Notes: a model not told the origin generated them from the sequence alone. Counted from the stretch's first letter, positions 1 through 9,582 are shown. The stretch: 64,000 bases of DNA from Lachnospiraceae bacterium (GCA_021205385.1 JAJPXQ010000003.1:812-64811); one strand, 5' to 3'. Numbers and translations are program-made.

Positions 1-201
1 ATTGATAAAAAAACACTGCATGAAGAAATGTTGGCATGCCTGAAGCAGAGAAGGCTGACACAAAAGAAAAATGAGATAATTGACACAGTACCATATGAAC
101 TCAGGGCATACGCGTATTTTACGAAAAACTGTAGTTGTGACCTGATTAATCAGTTTTGTAAAAGAAAAGTGGAGGGGAAAAATGTATTATCCGTATCTTA
201 G
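1..201 (+). CDS. C-terminal part of a gene running in from the left edge; probable sce7726-family protein
   Basis: Frame 1 is open from base 1 to TAG at 199-201 (IDKKTLHEEMLACLKQRR...VPYELRAYAYF...). It overlaps the next start by 20 nt. The family call rests on the usual sce7726-sce7725 adjacency and the VPxELxxxxYF tail; the N-terminus is outside the window. Confidence 0.55.
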   Translation: MDKKTLHEEMLACLKQRRLTQKKNEIIDTVPYELRAYAYFTKNCSCDLINQFCKRKVEGKNVLSVS

Positions 202-1153
202 GGGGAGACAAAATGAACTGTTTTGCCTGCGGGAGTTGTTAAGGGCAGAGCGACTGAGCCGGGATATTGTCCCGATTATTGAGCCGGTAAGATTTAGCAA
301 AGTATTGGTGGATACATTGCAGGATTTTCTGGAGGCCGGGCGAAGTATTGCGTTGATCCGAAATCCGAAAGTGGGCACATTCATGAAAGAATATTATGAA
401 AGCCAGAGGGAAATTCAGGAAGAATCGGATGAAAAGAAAAAAAATGATCTGCAGGAAAAAATGAAGCATTACTTTTCAGTTATAAACGATGAGCGGATTA
501 TTTGCGCTTATATTAATGATGCTTCGATTACAGATGCCATAGTGTCAGGTAGACTAAAAGCGAATGAAAGCTTTATCCTGAATACAAAAAAAGATACTTA
601 CGATCTATATTATGATAAGTTGAATCAAATCAGCGCACGTATGACGTTTATCCCGAAGGACGAGGATTTCAAGGACGAAGTGTGCGGTGATGTATCCCTT
701 CTGGAGAATAGTTTTGTGAAGGCCAAAAGAAATAAAGACTATATCCAAAAAGAAGATGAATTTTTCAGCATGAATCATCTTATATATCGGAAACGGGGCT
801 ATCAGGGATTCTCCGATTATTCTATTGTTGGGGATGAATATGAGGAGAGCGGATTTGCACCTGCTGCGGTGGCGATTCATATAGTCTATTTTGACGAGAG
901 AAAGCAACTTCGGGTTCATCATTTTGTTTCCGATACGAACGATTCGATTTTCGACCCTGCTCGTAAATTTGGGGAGGCAATGGAAAAACTGGTGAGATGG
1001 ATGAGTCAGGGGGAAACTGCACCGACATTGGGAATTACCAATCTGGTGGACTATTATGAGAAAGGGAAGTTTCCGGGGTTGGGGGTAATCAAGAGGTGTT
1101 CCATGATGCATCACCTCGAATTGCTGACAAATTATTTGGAGGAGAATAGATGA
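182..1153 (+). CDS. sce7725-family protein (uncharacterised, Beta-protein-like)
   Basis: 323 aa. N-terminal MYYPYLRGRQNEL, internal FSDYSIVGDEY, VAIHIVYF and HHFVSD, and C-terminal GLGVIKRCSMMHHLEL match my recollection of the sce7725 family. RBS GGAGGGG upstream. Confidence 0.75.
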   Translation: MYYPYLRGRQNELFCLRELLRAERLSRDIVPIIEPVRFSKVLVDTLQDFLEAGRSIALIRNPKVGTFMKEYYESQREIQEESDEKKKNDLQEKMKHYFSVINDERIICAYINDASITDAIVSGRLKANESFILNTKKDTYDLYYDKLNQISARMTFIPKDEDFKDEVCGDVSLLENSFVKAKRNKDYIQKEDEFFSMNHLIYRKRGYQGFSDYSIVGDEYEESGFAPAAVAIHIVYFDERKQLRVHHFVSDTNDSIFDPARKFGEAMEKLVRWMSQGETAPTLGITNLVDYYEKGKFPGLGVIKRCSMMHHLELLTNYLEENR

Positions 1154-2229
1154 TTTGTTGTGCAAATTGTTTTTCAGATATAGAGATAAAGGCTGTAATC
1201 GATAGCATAGGACGCGTGGGAGACTGCCCGGTTTGCGGAGCAAAGAATGTTTCGTTATATGACAGTGATGCGGATGCTGATGAATCAGAATTTGAAGAAT
1301 TGTTGTCATCGATTATTGAGATATATCAACCGGATGATTTGCTGGGGAAAAATGTTCCTTCGAAGGCCAGGAAGCCAATAGAGCTACATATCGCGGAGGA
1401 TTGGAATCTTTTTAACGTAGAACCTGACAAAATAAAGAGCATTATATCGTTTGTTATACAAAATTCTCTTACGCTGGATCAAAGATTGTTGACACAGAAA
1501 TGTGCAATCAAAGAGTTATTTGATGAGCAATATATGTCCGAAAACTCGATCATGGGAAGTTATTCGTGGGAAGATTTTAAAATATATATGAGAAATCAGA
1601 ACCGGTTTCACAGCAGACATGTTCATCTTGATATTTTCGCAAAGTTAGTAAAAGACACGGAAACAATTTTGCCACGGGGAGAAAAGTATTATCGTGCGCG
1701 TATAGCATCGGATAGGGTGGGTCACAAAAGAAAGAATATGGGTGCGCCGCCAAAGGATGTTGCGACAGCAGGAAGGGTCAATTCAAAAGGCGTGAGTTGT
1801 CTGTACCTGGCGGATAAAAAGGAAACAACTGTGAAAGAAATCCGCGCGGGGGCATTTGACTATGTGACGATTGCTACATTCAGATTAAAACGGGATGTTA
1901 AGGTTTTAGATTTAAGTTCGATAACACATAATTCACCTTTCTATGCGCCGACTGATAAGAAGTATTTTTATATAAATGAGCGGCATTTGAAAAAGATAGC
2001 GATGGACATAGCCAAGCCGATGAGCAGTCATGACAGTGATCTGGAATATTTGCCGACACAGTATATCAGTGATTTCGCAAAATTTCTTGGTTATGATGGC
2101 GTTAAGTATATCAGTACATTTGATAAATCATCGTACAATCTGGCCCTATTCGATGTGGATGCTTGCGATTGTATATACCATAGAACATATCGGATTGGTA
2201 ATCTGAATTATGAGTTGATACCTGGTTGA
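1150..2229 (+). CDS. RES-domain protein (NAD+ phosphorylase-like toxin fold) with N-terminal Zn-ribbon-like domain
   Basis: YYRARI (R), GRVNSKGVSCLYLA, ETTVKEIR (E), YLPTQYISDF and GVKYIS (S) form the RES triad. N-terminal CxxC...CxxC. ATGA overlap with the upstream stop. Confidence 0.85.
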   Translation: MICCANCFSDIEIKAVIDSIGRVGDCPVCGAKNVSLYDSDADADESEFEELLSSIIEIYQPDDLLGKNVPSKARKPIELHIAEDWNLFNVEPDKIKSIISFVIQNSLTLDQRLLTQKCAIKELFDEQYMSENSIMGSYSWEDFKIYMRNQNRFHSRHVHLDIFAKLVKDTETILPRGEKYYRARIASDRVGHKRKNMGAPPKDVATAGRVNSKGVSCLYLADKKETTVKEIRAGAFDYVTIATFRLKRDVKVLDLSSITHNSPFYAPTDKKYFYINERHLKKIAMDIAKPMSSHDSDLEYLPTQYISDFAKFLGYDGVKYISTFDKSSYNLALFDVDACDCIYHRTYRIGNLNYELIPG

Positions 2230-2276
2230 GGGATATGAGGGAAGAATACCTGGAAAAGAATGGCGGAGTATAAGAG

Positions 2277-4793
2277 ATGGCAGAGCTTAGCTTAAAGCAG
2301 ATAACTGACAAATTAAATACAGAGTTCTTCGGCGAGGCCCGCAGGCTGATCTTCTGGTACGACGCCAACGCGGAGTTCGTCGGGGATGTGGACTTTCTTG
2401 CGTTGGAGAATGCCAAAGTTTATCATCTGGAGCCGGACAACCAGTTTTACACGAAATATTTTCTGGAGTGCGTGGATACGACGACGAATTATCTGATCTA
2501 CGCGCCCTTTGCGAAGCCTGCCATTCGAGACAATCATCTCGCGGATACGATTCGGTATTCGGGAGAATTTTTTGCGGATCGCGCTTCTCTGCTGACACTG
2601 GATCTGGGTATCGACGAGCGTTATAAGCCGGTGATTCAGCAATATATCAGGTTTTTCGGGGAGCAGCGCCGCATGCAGGCGTTCTATGACCTGGGATTGG
2701 AGACGTACAACCGAAATACGATTGAGGTTGCTCTGATGAGCGTTCTGTGCAAATGTAAGACGTCCTCCTTTGAGGAGGTGCTGCGGACGGTTCTCACGGA
2801 GGGCGGCTTCGAGGAGAATCCTTATCTTGCGGATTTCGCGCGTTTTGATCTTCTGGACGCTTTCTGGCGGCAGGTTTCCGACGTCTTCGGCTATGCGGAT
2901 GAAAAGCCCTCCCTGGAGAAGCTTGCCATGACCCTGTTTGTGACGTATACGGACAGAGCGATCAGTGCAGAGCTTCCGGCTGCGTGGAGACCGTTTACCA
3001 GCTTTAAGTCCGGAAATATTACGGCGTTTCTGGACAGCCTGATGAACAGTTATCTCTATGAGGAGCGTTTTGATGAAATTTCCGCGCAGATCTATGAAAG
3101 TCTGAAGGGAGAGACGGAATTTTCCAGGCTGCCGATCGAGTCGCTGGTTTCCTGCGGGATTTTTGCCGGGATCGACGAGCTGCTGATCCGATGGGTCACG
3201 GAGCGCCTGGAGCTGGAGGACGTGGGGGCGAAGCTGAACGGAATTACGATTCCGGAACTGGTGAAAGTGCGCCGTCAGGGACATTTTGGCAGGCAGCGCC
3301 GTTTTGAATATTTTGTACTGGAAAATGCGTGGTATCTTATTTCCGGGATGTCGTATACGGCGGCAGACAGCCTGAATGAGCTGGTAAAGAATTACACGGG
3401 GTCCCTCTATCAGATGGATCGCCATTATCGCTATTTTTATTATAATCTGGACAAGCTGGAGGACAGCGAGCGCTTCGCCGCTTTAAGGGAGCTGGTGGAA
3501 AATATCTATGCCAATGAATATCTGGCGAAGATCTGCACGAACTGGACAGAGCTGTTTCCCGCGCAGGCGGATTCGCTGAAGATCGCGGTGCAGCCGGACT
3601 TTTTCGAGCAGAACGTAAATTATACGAAGGAGCAGCTGGTCGTCATTATTTCCGACGCTTTGCGCTATGAAGTGGGGGTGAGCCTGTTTGAGAAATTGCA
3701 GGCGGATGAAAAGTGCAGCGCTTCCATCAAGGTGATGGCGAGTACCCTGCCGTCTGTGACGGAATACGGTATGGTCGCGCTGCTGCCGCACCGGGAGCTT
3801 ACGTTGAGCGAAGATTATTCTGCCCTGGTCGATGGGCAGAAGACGGATAAGCTCGAACAGAGACAGGCGATTTTGCAACAGTATAAGAAAGCGAGCCGCT
3901 GCGTTCAGTATGACGACATCAAGGGTCTGAGCGTGGCGGATCTGCGTGCCATCTTTACCTGGCAGGAGGTCGTGTATGTCTACCACAATCAGATCGACGC
4001 CAGAGGCGACAAGCTGAGCACGGAAAATGAAGTATTTCAGGCCTGTGAGGAAGCGGTCGAGGAGATCAGCTCGCTGATCCGGCGCCTGACGACGAGCGCG
4101 AACCGCTCGCGTTTCATCGTGACGGCGGATCATGGTTTCTTATATCGCAGAAATAAGCTGACGGAGAGTGATAAAATTGCCTCCGCCGCGGGGGACGGCA
4201 GCAGAGTGGCGCGGCGCTACATATTGTCGGAGAATGGCGTCGCCGCGGATGGTGTCACTTCGATGGAGATCGGCTTGATGATGAAAAATACGGACAGGCG
4301 CATGGTCTCCTGTCCGGTGGGCGCGGATATTTTCAGGGCGCCCGGCTCCGGCTTCAATTATGTGCATGGTGGCTGCTCCCCGCAGGAGATGCTGGTGCCG
4401 GTGATCGAGGTGAAGACCGAGAAGGGCTACAAAGAGACGACGACTGCGCAGATTGCGCTGGTGAGCCTGACTTCCAAGATCACAAATCTCATCACCTCTC
4501 TGGATTTCGTCCAGACAGATGCGGTCAGCGACGTCGTCAAGGAGACGACCTACCGGATTTATTTTGTAGCGGAAAATGGGGAAAAGATTTCCAATGAGCA
4601 CCTGTATGTGGCGGATAAAAAAGAAGCGGACGCCGTGAAGCGGATGTTCCGGTTACGCTTTTCTTTCAAAAATAAAAAATATGACAGGACGCAGAAATAT
4701 TATCTGGTGGCCTGTGATGAGAACAACGCACTGGAAGTCCTGAGACACGAGGTCGTGATGGACATTGCCTTTGCAGATGATTTTGGATTTTGA
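2277..4793 (+). CDS. pglZ: BREX-1 system phosphatase PglZ (type A)
   Basis: 838 aa. RLIFWYD N-terminus, IISDALRYE, LPSVTEYGMVALLP, VYHNQID, IVTADHGF and YVHGGCSPQEMLVP alkaline-phosphatase-like PglZ motifs. Directly upstream of brxL. Confidence 0.92.
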   Translation: MAELSLKQITDKLNTEFFGEARRLIFWYDANAEFVGDVDFLALENAKVYHLEPDNQFYTKYFLECVDTTTNYLIYAPFAKPAIRDNHLADTIRYSGEFFADRASLLTLDLGIDERYKPVIQQYIRFFGEQRRMQAFYDLGLETYNRNTIEVALMSVLCKCKTSSFEEVLRTVLTEGGFEENPYLADFARFDLLDAFWRQVSDVFGYADEKPSLEKLAMTLFVTYTDRAISAELPAAWRPFTSFKSGNITAFLDSLMNSYLYEERFDEISAQIYESLKGETEFSRLPIESLVSCGIFAGIDELLIRWVTERLELEDVGAKLNGITIPELVKVRRQGHFGRQRRFEYFVLENAWYLISGMSYTAADSLNELVKNYTGSLYQMDRHYRYFYYNLDKLEDSERFAALRELVENIYANEYLAKICTNWTELFPAQADSLKIAVQPDFFEQNVNYTKEQLVVIISDALRYEVGVSLFEKLQADEKCSASIKVMASTLPSVTEYGMVALLPHRELTLSEDYSALVDGQKTDKLEQRQAILQQYKKASRCVQYDDIKGLSVADLRAIFTWQEVVYVYHNQIDARGDKLSTENEVFQACEEAVEEISSLIRRLTTSANRSRFIVTADHGFLYRRNKLTESDKIASAAGDGSRVARRYILSENGVAADGVTSMEIGLMMKNTDRRMVSCPVGADIFRAPGSGFNYVHGGCSPQEMLVPVIEVKTEKGYKETTTAQIALVSLTSKITNLITSLDFVQTDAVSDVVKETTYRIYFVAENGEKISNEHLYVADKKEADAVKRMFRLRFSFKNKKYDRTQKYYLVACDENNALEVLRHEVVMDIAFADDFGF

Positions 4794-4814
4794 CTTTCGT
4801 GGGAGGAATCATAG

Positions 4815-6878
4815 ATGGACGAATTTACCGAGAAGGACGACGCCCGGCTGGTTGTGAAAAACAAGCTCCGCCAGTATTTTGACGGCCGCATCGTCCGCAA
4901 GGACCTGACGAAGCGCATCAAGGAGGGAGCGAACGTTCCGGTCTATGTGCTGGAGTTCCTGCTGGGGCAGTATTGCAGTTCGGACGACGAGGAGATTATC
5001 GAGGAAGGCGTGAACAATGTCAAACGAATCCTTGCCGACAACTTTGTGCGTCCGGACGAGGCGCAGAAGGTTCTCTCAATTCTGCGGGAGCGCGGCAGTT
5101 ATACGGTGATCGACAAGATTACCGTACAGCTGAATATCAAAGAAGACCGCTACGAGGCGGAATTCTCCAATCTGGGGATCAAGAAGATTCCGATCCATCC
5201 GGATTACCCGTCCAAATATGACCGCCTGCTGTGCGGCGGGATCTGGTGCATCCTGCAGCTGGAGTACGAGTTTGTCGAGGAGGACAAGAGGAATACTTCT
5301 CCGATCCATATCCGCAAGCTGACGCCGATCCAGATGCCGCACATCGACATGGACGAGGTGAAAAACGGTCGGAAAGCCTTCACGAAGGAGGAGTGGATTG
5401 ACGTGCTGCTGCGCTCCACGGGTATGGAGCCGGAGAAATTCAACGATCGCGTGAAATGGCTGCTTCTGGCGCGCATGATTCCGCTGGTGGAGAATAATTT
5501 TAATCTCTGCGAGCTGGGACCGCGCAGCACCGGAAAATCGCATATTTATAAAGAAATATCGCCGAACAGCATCCTGATCTCCGGCGGACAGACGACGGTC
5601 GCGAACCTGTTTTACAATATGTCCACGAAGACGGTCGGCCTGGTGGGGATGTGGGACTGTGTGGCTTTCGACGAGGTGGCGGGCATCACCTTCAAGGACA
5701 AGGACGGCGTCCAGATCATGAAGGATTACATGGCGTCCGGCTCCTTCGCCAGAGGACGTGAGGAGAAGGCGGCGTCGGCCTCCATGGTTTTCGTGGGAAA
5801 TATCAATCAGAGTGTGGACGTGCTGCAGAAGACATCTCATCTCTTTGAGCCATTTCCCACGGCGATGGCCTATGATACCGCATTCCTTGACAGGATGCAC
5901 TGCTATATTCCTGGCTGGGAGATCCCGAAGTATCGCCCGGAATTTTTCACCGACGACTATGGTTTTATCACGGATTATCTGTCCGAGTTTATGCGTCAGA
6001 TGCGCAAGGAAAATTTCGGGGACGCAGCGGATCGGTATTTCCGATTCGGGAGCAACCTGAACCAGCGCGACACGATCGCCGTGCGTAAGATGGTGTCCGG
6101 CTTTGTGAAGCTGGTCTATCCGGACGGCGAGGTGAACAAGGAGGAAATGCGGGAAATCCTCGATATTTCTCTGGAGCTGCGCCGTCGCGTCAAGGAGCAG
6201 CTGAAAAAGATCGGTGGCATGGAGTTTTATGACGTCAATTTCTCCTACATAGACAATGAGAGCTTCGAGGAGAGCTATGTTTCCGTTCCGGAGCATGGCG
6301 GCGGTAAGTTGATTCCGGAGGGGATGAACAAGCCGGGGCACATTTATACCGTTTCCCACAGCCGCAGCGGGCTGCTGGGCGTGTATCGCCTGGAGACACA
6401 GGTACTGCCCGGAAACGGAAAGTTCGAGCGCACCGGTCTGGGGACTGATCGGGATGCGAAAGAAGCGACCAACACGGCTTTTAATTTCCTGAAAGCGAAC
6501 AGCAACACGATCTCCGCGTCGATCAGCACGACGACAAAGGATTATATTATCAATTATCAGGATCTGCAGGGCATCGGTATGACAAAGAATCTGGCGCTGT
6601 CGACGCTGATCGCGATCTGCTCGGCCTCTCTGGGGAAACCGACACTGAGTAGCCTGGCGGTATTGGGTGAGATCAGTATCAGCGGCACACTGATCAAAGT
6701 GAGTGAGCTGGGAAGTGTGCTCCAGGTGTGTTTGGACAGTGGGGCGAAGAAGGTGCTATTGCCGATCACGTCCGCCGCGGATCTGGGGACGGTGCCGTCT
6801 GAACTGGTGGGCGCGTTTAGTCTGATTTTTTACTCTACGCCGCAGGAGGCGATATTCAAGGCGCTGGGGGTAGAGTGA
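4815..6878 (+). CDS. brxL: Lon-like BREX protein BrxL
   Basis: 687 aa. YVLEFLLGQYC, Walker A ELGPRSTGKSH, VAFDEVAG, DYMASGSFARG and a C-terminal Lon-like domain (VLGEISISG, GAKKVLLP). Confidence 0.95.
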   Translation: MDEFTEKDDARLVVKNKLRQYFDGRIVRKDLTKRIKEGANVPVYVLEFLLGQYCSSDDEEIIEEGVNNVKRILADNFVRPDEAQKVLSILRERGSYTVIDKITVQLNIKEDRYEAEFSNLGIKKIPIHPDYPSKYDRLLCGGIWCILQLEYEFVEEDKRNTSPIHIRKLTPIQMPHIDMDEVKNGRKAFTKEEWIDVLLRSTGMEPEKFNDRVKWLLLARMIPLVENNFNLCELGPRSTGKSHIYKEISPNSILISGGQTTVANLFYNMSTKTVGLVGMWDCVAFDEVAGITFKDKDGVQIMKDYMASGSFARGREEKAASASMVFVGNINQSVDVLQKTSHLFEPFPTAMAYDTAFLDRMHCYIPGWEIPKYRPEFFTDDYGFITDYLSEFMRQMRKENFGDAADRYFRFGSNLNQRDTIAVRKMVSGFVKLVYPDGEVNKEEMREILDISLELRRRVKEQLKKIGGMEFYDVNFSYIDNESFEESYVSVPEHGGGKLIPEGMNKPGHIYTVSHSRSGLLGVYRLETQVLPGNGKFERTGLGTDRDAKEATNTAFNFLKANSNTISASISTTTKDYIINYQDLQGIGMTKNLALSTLIAICSASLGKPTLSSLAVLGEISISGTLIKVSELGSVLQVCLDSGAKKVLLPITSAADLGTVPSELVGAFSLIFYSTPQEAIFKALGVE

Positions 6879-6930
6879 GCTTATATATAGTTATTGCAAA
6901 CATGCCGTTGATTGACAGGAGAGGAAGTCG

Positions 6931-7080
6931 ATGTTCTCAAACTTTGACGAGCCGACCAGACAGATGTTGACAGGGAATATTTTGATGGTCATATGCTGTG
7001 CCTTTTATCTTGCATGGTGGCAGTTACGGTCAGCGTGGCTGTTCGGGGAAGATGAGATTCTGACATGGCTGGAGAAATAG
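6931..7080 (+). pseudogene. Short ORF (49 aa), probably a truncated membrane-protein remnant
   Basis: RBS GGAGAGG, then MFSNFDEPTRQMLTGNILMVICCAFYLAWW.... One hydrophobic helix, then it runs into the GNAT start. Below the ORF track cutoff. Confidence 0.35.
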
Positions 7081-7670
7081 TTGAGAAGCTGGGACTGGAT
7101 GAACTGAAACGGATCTACAGGGATCATGTACGGGAGGATTTTCCCCGCAGCGAGCGCCGCCCCTTCTCTTCTATGAAACGTATGACGAAGGCAGGAAAAT
7201 ATGCCTGTTATGGCTATTATGATAATGGCAGCCTGCTGGCGTATGCCTGTTACATTCTTACAGAGAATGGGATGTATGCGCTTCTGGATTATTTTGCAGT
7301 TGTTCCCGGACTGCGCGGTCATGGAGTCGGCAGTGAGTTCCTGCAGCGCCTGAAAAATGTGGCGCCGGTGAAATGCGGCGTTTTCATCGAGGCGGAGAGC
7401 CCTGATTCGGCAAAGACAGACGAGGAAGTACAGCTCCAGAAGAGACGGATCGGTTTTTATCTTGCAAACGGCGCCTTGCTGACAAACTCAAAGTGCCTGC
7501 TGTTCGGTGTGGATTACAATATTCTGTATATCAGCCAAACGGTTTCGGCTCATTCAATGGAGCAGCTGCATTGTGCGGTGGAGGAGATGTATCGGGAAAT
7601 CTACCGTCCGGTCTATGGTCGTTTGTGTAAGCCTTACGCAGTTGAATACGAAAAACAGGTGGGGAAATGA
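7065..7670 (+). CDS. GNAT-family N-acetyltransferase
   Basis: LLDYFAVVPGLRGHGVGSEFL acetyl-CoA motif A; IEAE...RRIGFYLANG. Confidence 0.85.
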   Translation: MAGEIVEKLGLDELKRIYRDHVREDFPRSERRPFSSMKRMTKAGKYACYGYYDNGSLLAYACYILTENGMYALLDYFAVVPGLRGHGVGSEFLQRLKNVAPVKCGVFIEAESPDSAKTDEEVQLQKRRIGFYLANGALLTNSKCLLFGVDYNILYISQTVSAHSMEQLHCAVEEMYREIYRPVYGRLCKPYAVEYEKQVGK

Positions 7671-7695
7671 TTGACCCCGGCAGAAGAGAGATAAA

Positions 7696-8562
7696 ATGAG
7701 AACAAATAATATCGCTATTTTTGAAGACACTTTAACCATTGCCAGACAAGGCCATTATCTCTACGATGGCATAGAGATACCACTGCAGATTTCTGCGGAG
7801 CAGATGACGGAGGTGCAGGCATTCTCCCCGGAGAGGATTCCGCAGCTTGCGAATGAAGAAGACCGTGCCGGAAGACCGCTTGGTGTTCATGAGAATATTC
7901 GGACCTGGGTCAGCGGGCGTGATTCCTATGAGGCTGCAATCGAAATGTTGAAAAGCGTTCCTGCAGGCTCGAATGAGAAGCCCGGCGTTCTGGTGCTGAA
8001 TTTCGCCAATCCGGTCCATCCGGGAGGCGGCGTGACGAGAGGCGCCAGCGCGCAGGAGGAGGATCTGTGCAGGAGAAGTACGCTGTATCTTTCCCTGACG
8101 AGCAGGGCGGCCGGAGAGATGTACCGGTATAACGCGGCTTTGAAGGGCTATTGTGCGTCAGATTTCATGCTGCTTTCCCCTTATGTGGAAATCCTGAAGG
8201 ACAGTGAGGGAATGTCTTTGCCTGAGACATACGTTGTCTCGGTTATGACTGCTGCGGCTCCGATGGTATCCCGCGGCGGGATCGAGAAAGGCAGGCTGCA
8301 CGACCTTTTGACACAACGAATCCATGCGATCTTTCAGGTAGCAGCCCACTGCGGTTATCGGAACCTGGTACTCGGCGCATGGGGTTGCGGCGCGTTTGGG
8401 AACGATCCGGAGACGATGGCGACGCTGTTCGCACAGGAAGTAAAGCGCTGGAACGATGTGGGCAGTTTCCGTTTTCGGCAGATCGAGTTTGCGGTTCTGC
8501 GAAAAAAGAACCGAGACTCCTATAATTATGATTGTTTTGCCAGGCATTTTGCGGAGAAATAA
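7696..8562 (+). CDS. TIGR02452/DUF2263-family protein (microbial PARG-type macrodomain)
   Basis: VLNFANPVHPGGG..RGASAQEEDLCRRSTLY PARG signature (GGG-x6-8-QEE); LVLGAWGCGAFGNDP. Confidence 0.9.
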   Translation: MRTNNIAIFEDTLTIARQGHYLYDGIEIPLQISAEQMTEVQAFSPERIPQLANEEDRAGRPLGVHENIRTWVSGRDSYEAAIEMLKSVPAGSNEKPGVLVLNFANPVHPGGGVTRGASAQEEDLCRRSTLYLSLTSRAAGEMYRYNAALKGYCASDFMLLSPYVEILKDSEGMSLPETYVVSVMTAAAPMVSRGGIEKGRLHDLLTQRIHAIFQVAAHCGYRNLVLGAWGCGAFGNDPETMATLFAQEVKRWNDVGSFRFRQIEFAVLRKKNRDSYNYDCFARHFAEK

Positions 8563-8574
8563 AGAAGGAATGAA

Positions 8575-9543
8575 ATGGATGAAGAACAGGCGAAACGGAT
8601 TCTTGGAATTACCGAAAATGACAATGCGAGGACTGCGAAAATCAAGTTTCGCAGACTGATCGGCAGGTATCATCCGGATGCTGCAGGGGAGGTATCTTCC
8701 GATTTCCAGGAACAGGCGCAGAGAATTAATGCCGCTTATACTCTGCTCAAAAGCAAAGACTTCTTCCGGGGAAGAGAGGAAAAGGTGCTTCTGTGGAAAG
8801 CTCCGGTCAACGACGCCGCATTTGTCCCCAGAAATATCTACGCCCCGTACCATATGGATCTTGATACTGACGGAATGTATCAGGCCCTGGCCCGTGGAAA
8901 ATACATGTGGAACCCGGATGAGGAAGAATTCCCGCTGTTTTTACGCAGCCTCCTTCATGCCGGGAAGGATCTGCTGGATGAAGTGGAAAGCGAATGCGGT
9001 ATTTACGGAGGAACAGATGCTTTGCGTATTCCTTTCCAGAAGCAACTGTTCCATTGCCTCGCGCTGCAATTCGTGGACCCACTATACTGCCTTGAGAAAA
9101 TCGCAGAGCCGGAAGCGACCGATGAGGCAGGACGAAAGATTTACTGTTTCTGCGCTTACATCGGGGAAAAGCAGGACAGAGAGAGGATGAAACGGATACT
9201 TTCTCTTGGCAAAGGCGATACCGTATATCCGGCGTCGCTTCAAGACTGGAAACTCATGGTCGCGGATTCGCAGGGGAATGGCCTCGGACATATTTTTTTC
9301 GCGGAGGACGAGCTGTATTACTGCCTGTTTCCTCTTATGCGCGCGCACTTGATACAGACGAAAATGACGGTCGTCAGAATACAGCGAAACAAGGGAAGCT
9401 ATCTGCGCCAGGTAAAAGCGGAAGTCACATTTCGGATACGGATGGAGAAGGAGACGGAACATTATCGGAACCCGGACAGGAACCGGGAAATCAGACAGAT
9501 TTTGTCTGCGTACAGAAGAGAAATTACCGGGCATAGAGGATGA
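8575..9543 (+). CDS. DnaJ (J)-domain protein with uncharacterised C-terminal region
   Basis: N-terminal ILGI...KFRRLIGRYHPD...QRINAAYTLL J-domain with HPD motif. Confidence 0.8.
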   Translation: MDEEQAKRILGITENDNARTAKIKFRRLIGRYHPDAAGEVSSDFQEQAQRINAAYTLLKSKDFFRGREEKVLLWKAPVNDAAFVPRNIYAPYHMDLDTDGMYQALARGKYMWNPDEEEFPLFLRSLLHAGKDLLDEVESECGIYGGTDALRIPFQKQLFHCLALQFVDPLYCLEKIAEPEATDEAGRKIYCFCAYIGEKQDRERMKRILSLGKGDTVYPASLQDWKLMVADSQGNGLGHIFFAEDELYYCLFPLMRAHLIQTKMTVVRIQRNKGSYLRQVKAEVTFRIRMEKETEHYRNPDRNREIRQILSAYRREITGHRG

Positions 9544-9576
9544 AAATCCGTATCCGGTAAAAAATGGGAGTGGCTG
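9450..9576 (+). repeat. Direct repeat, copy 1 (3' end of the J-domain gene plus downstream spacer)
   Basis: ggagacggaacattatcggaacccggacagg...aaatgggagtggctg aligns to 17577-17703 with about 13 differences over ~127 nt (hand alignment). Confidence 0.9.
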
Positions 9577-9582
9577 TGAGAA

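Noticed and set aside
2313-6359. Long minus-strand ORFs (2313-3425, 3483-4133, 5076-6359) and many similar antisense ORFs elsewhere (11896-13104, 16171-17448, 24030-25520, 33201-34331, 36386-37498)
   Set aside because: They are shadows of well-supported genes in GC-rich codon context, with no motifs or RBS.
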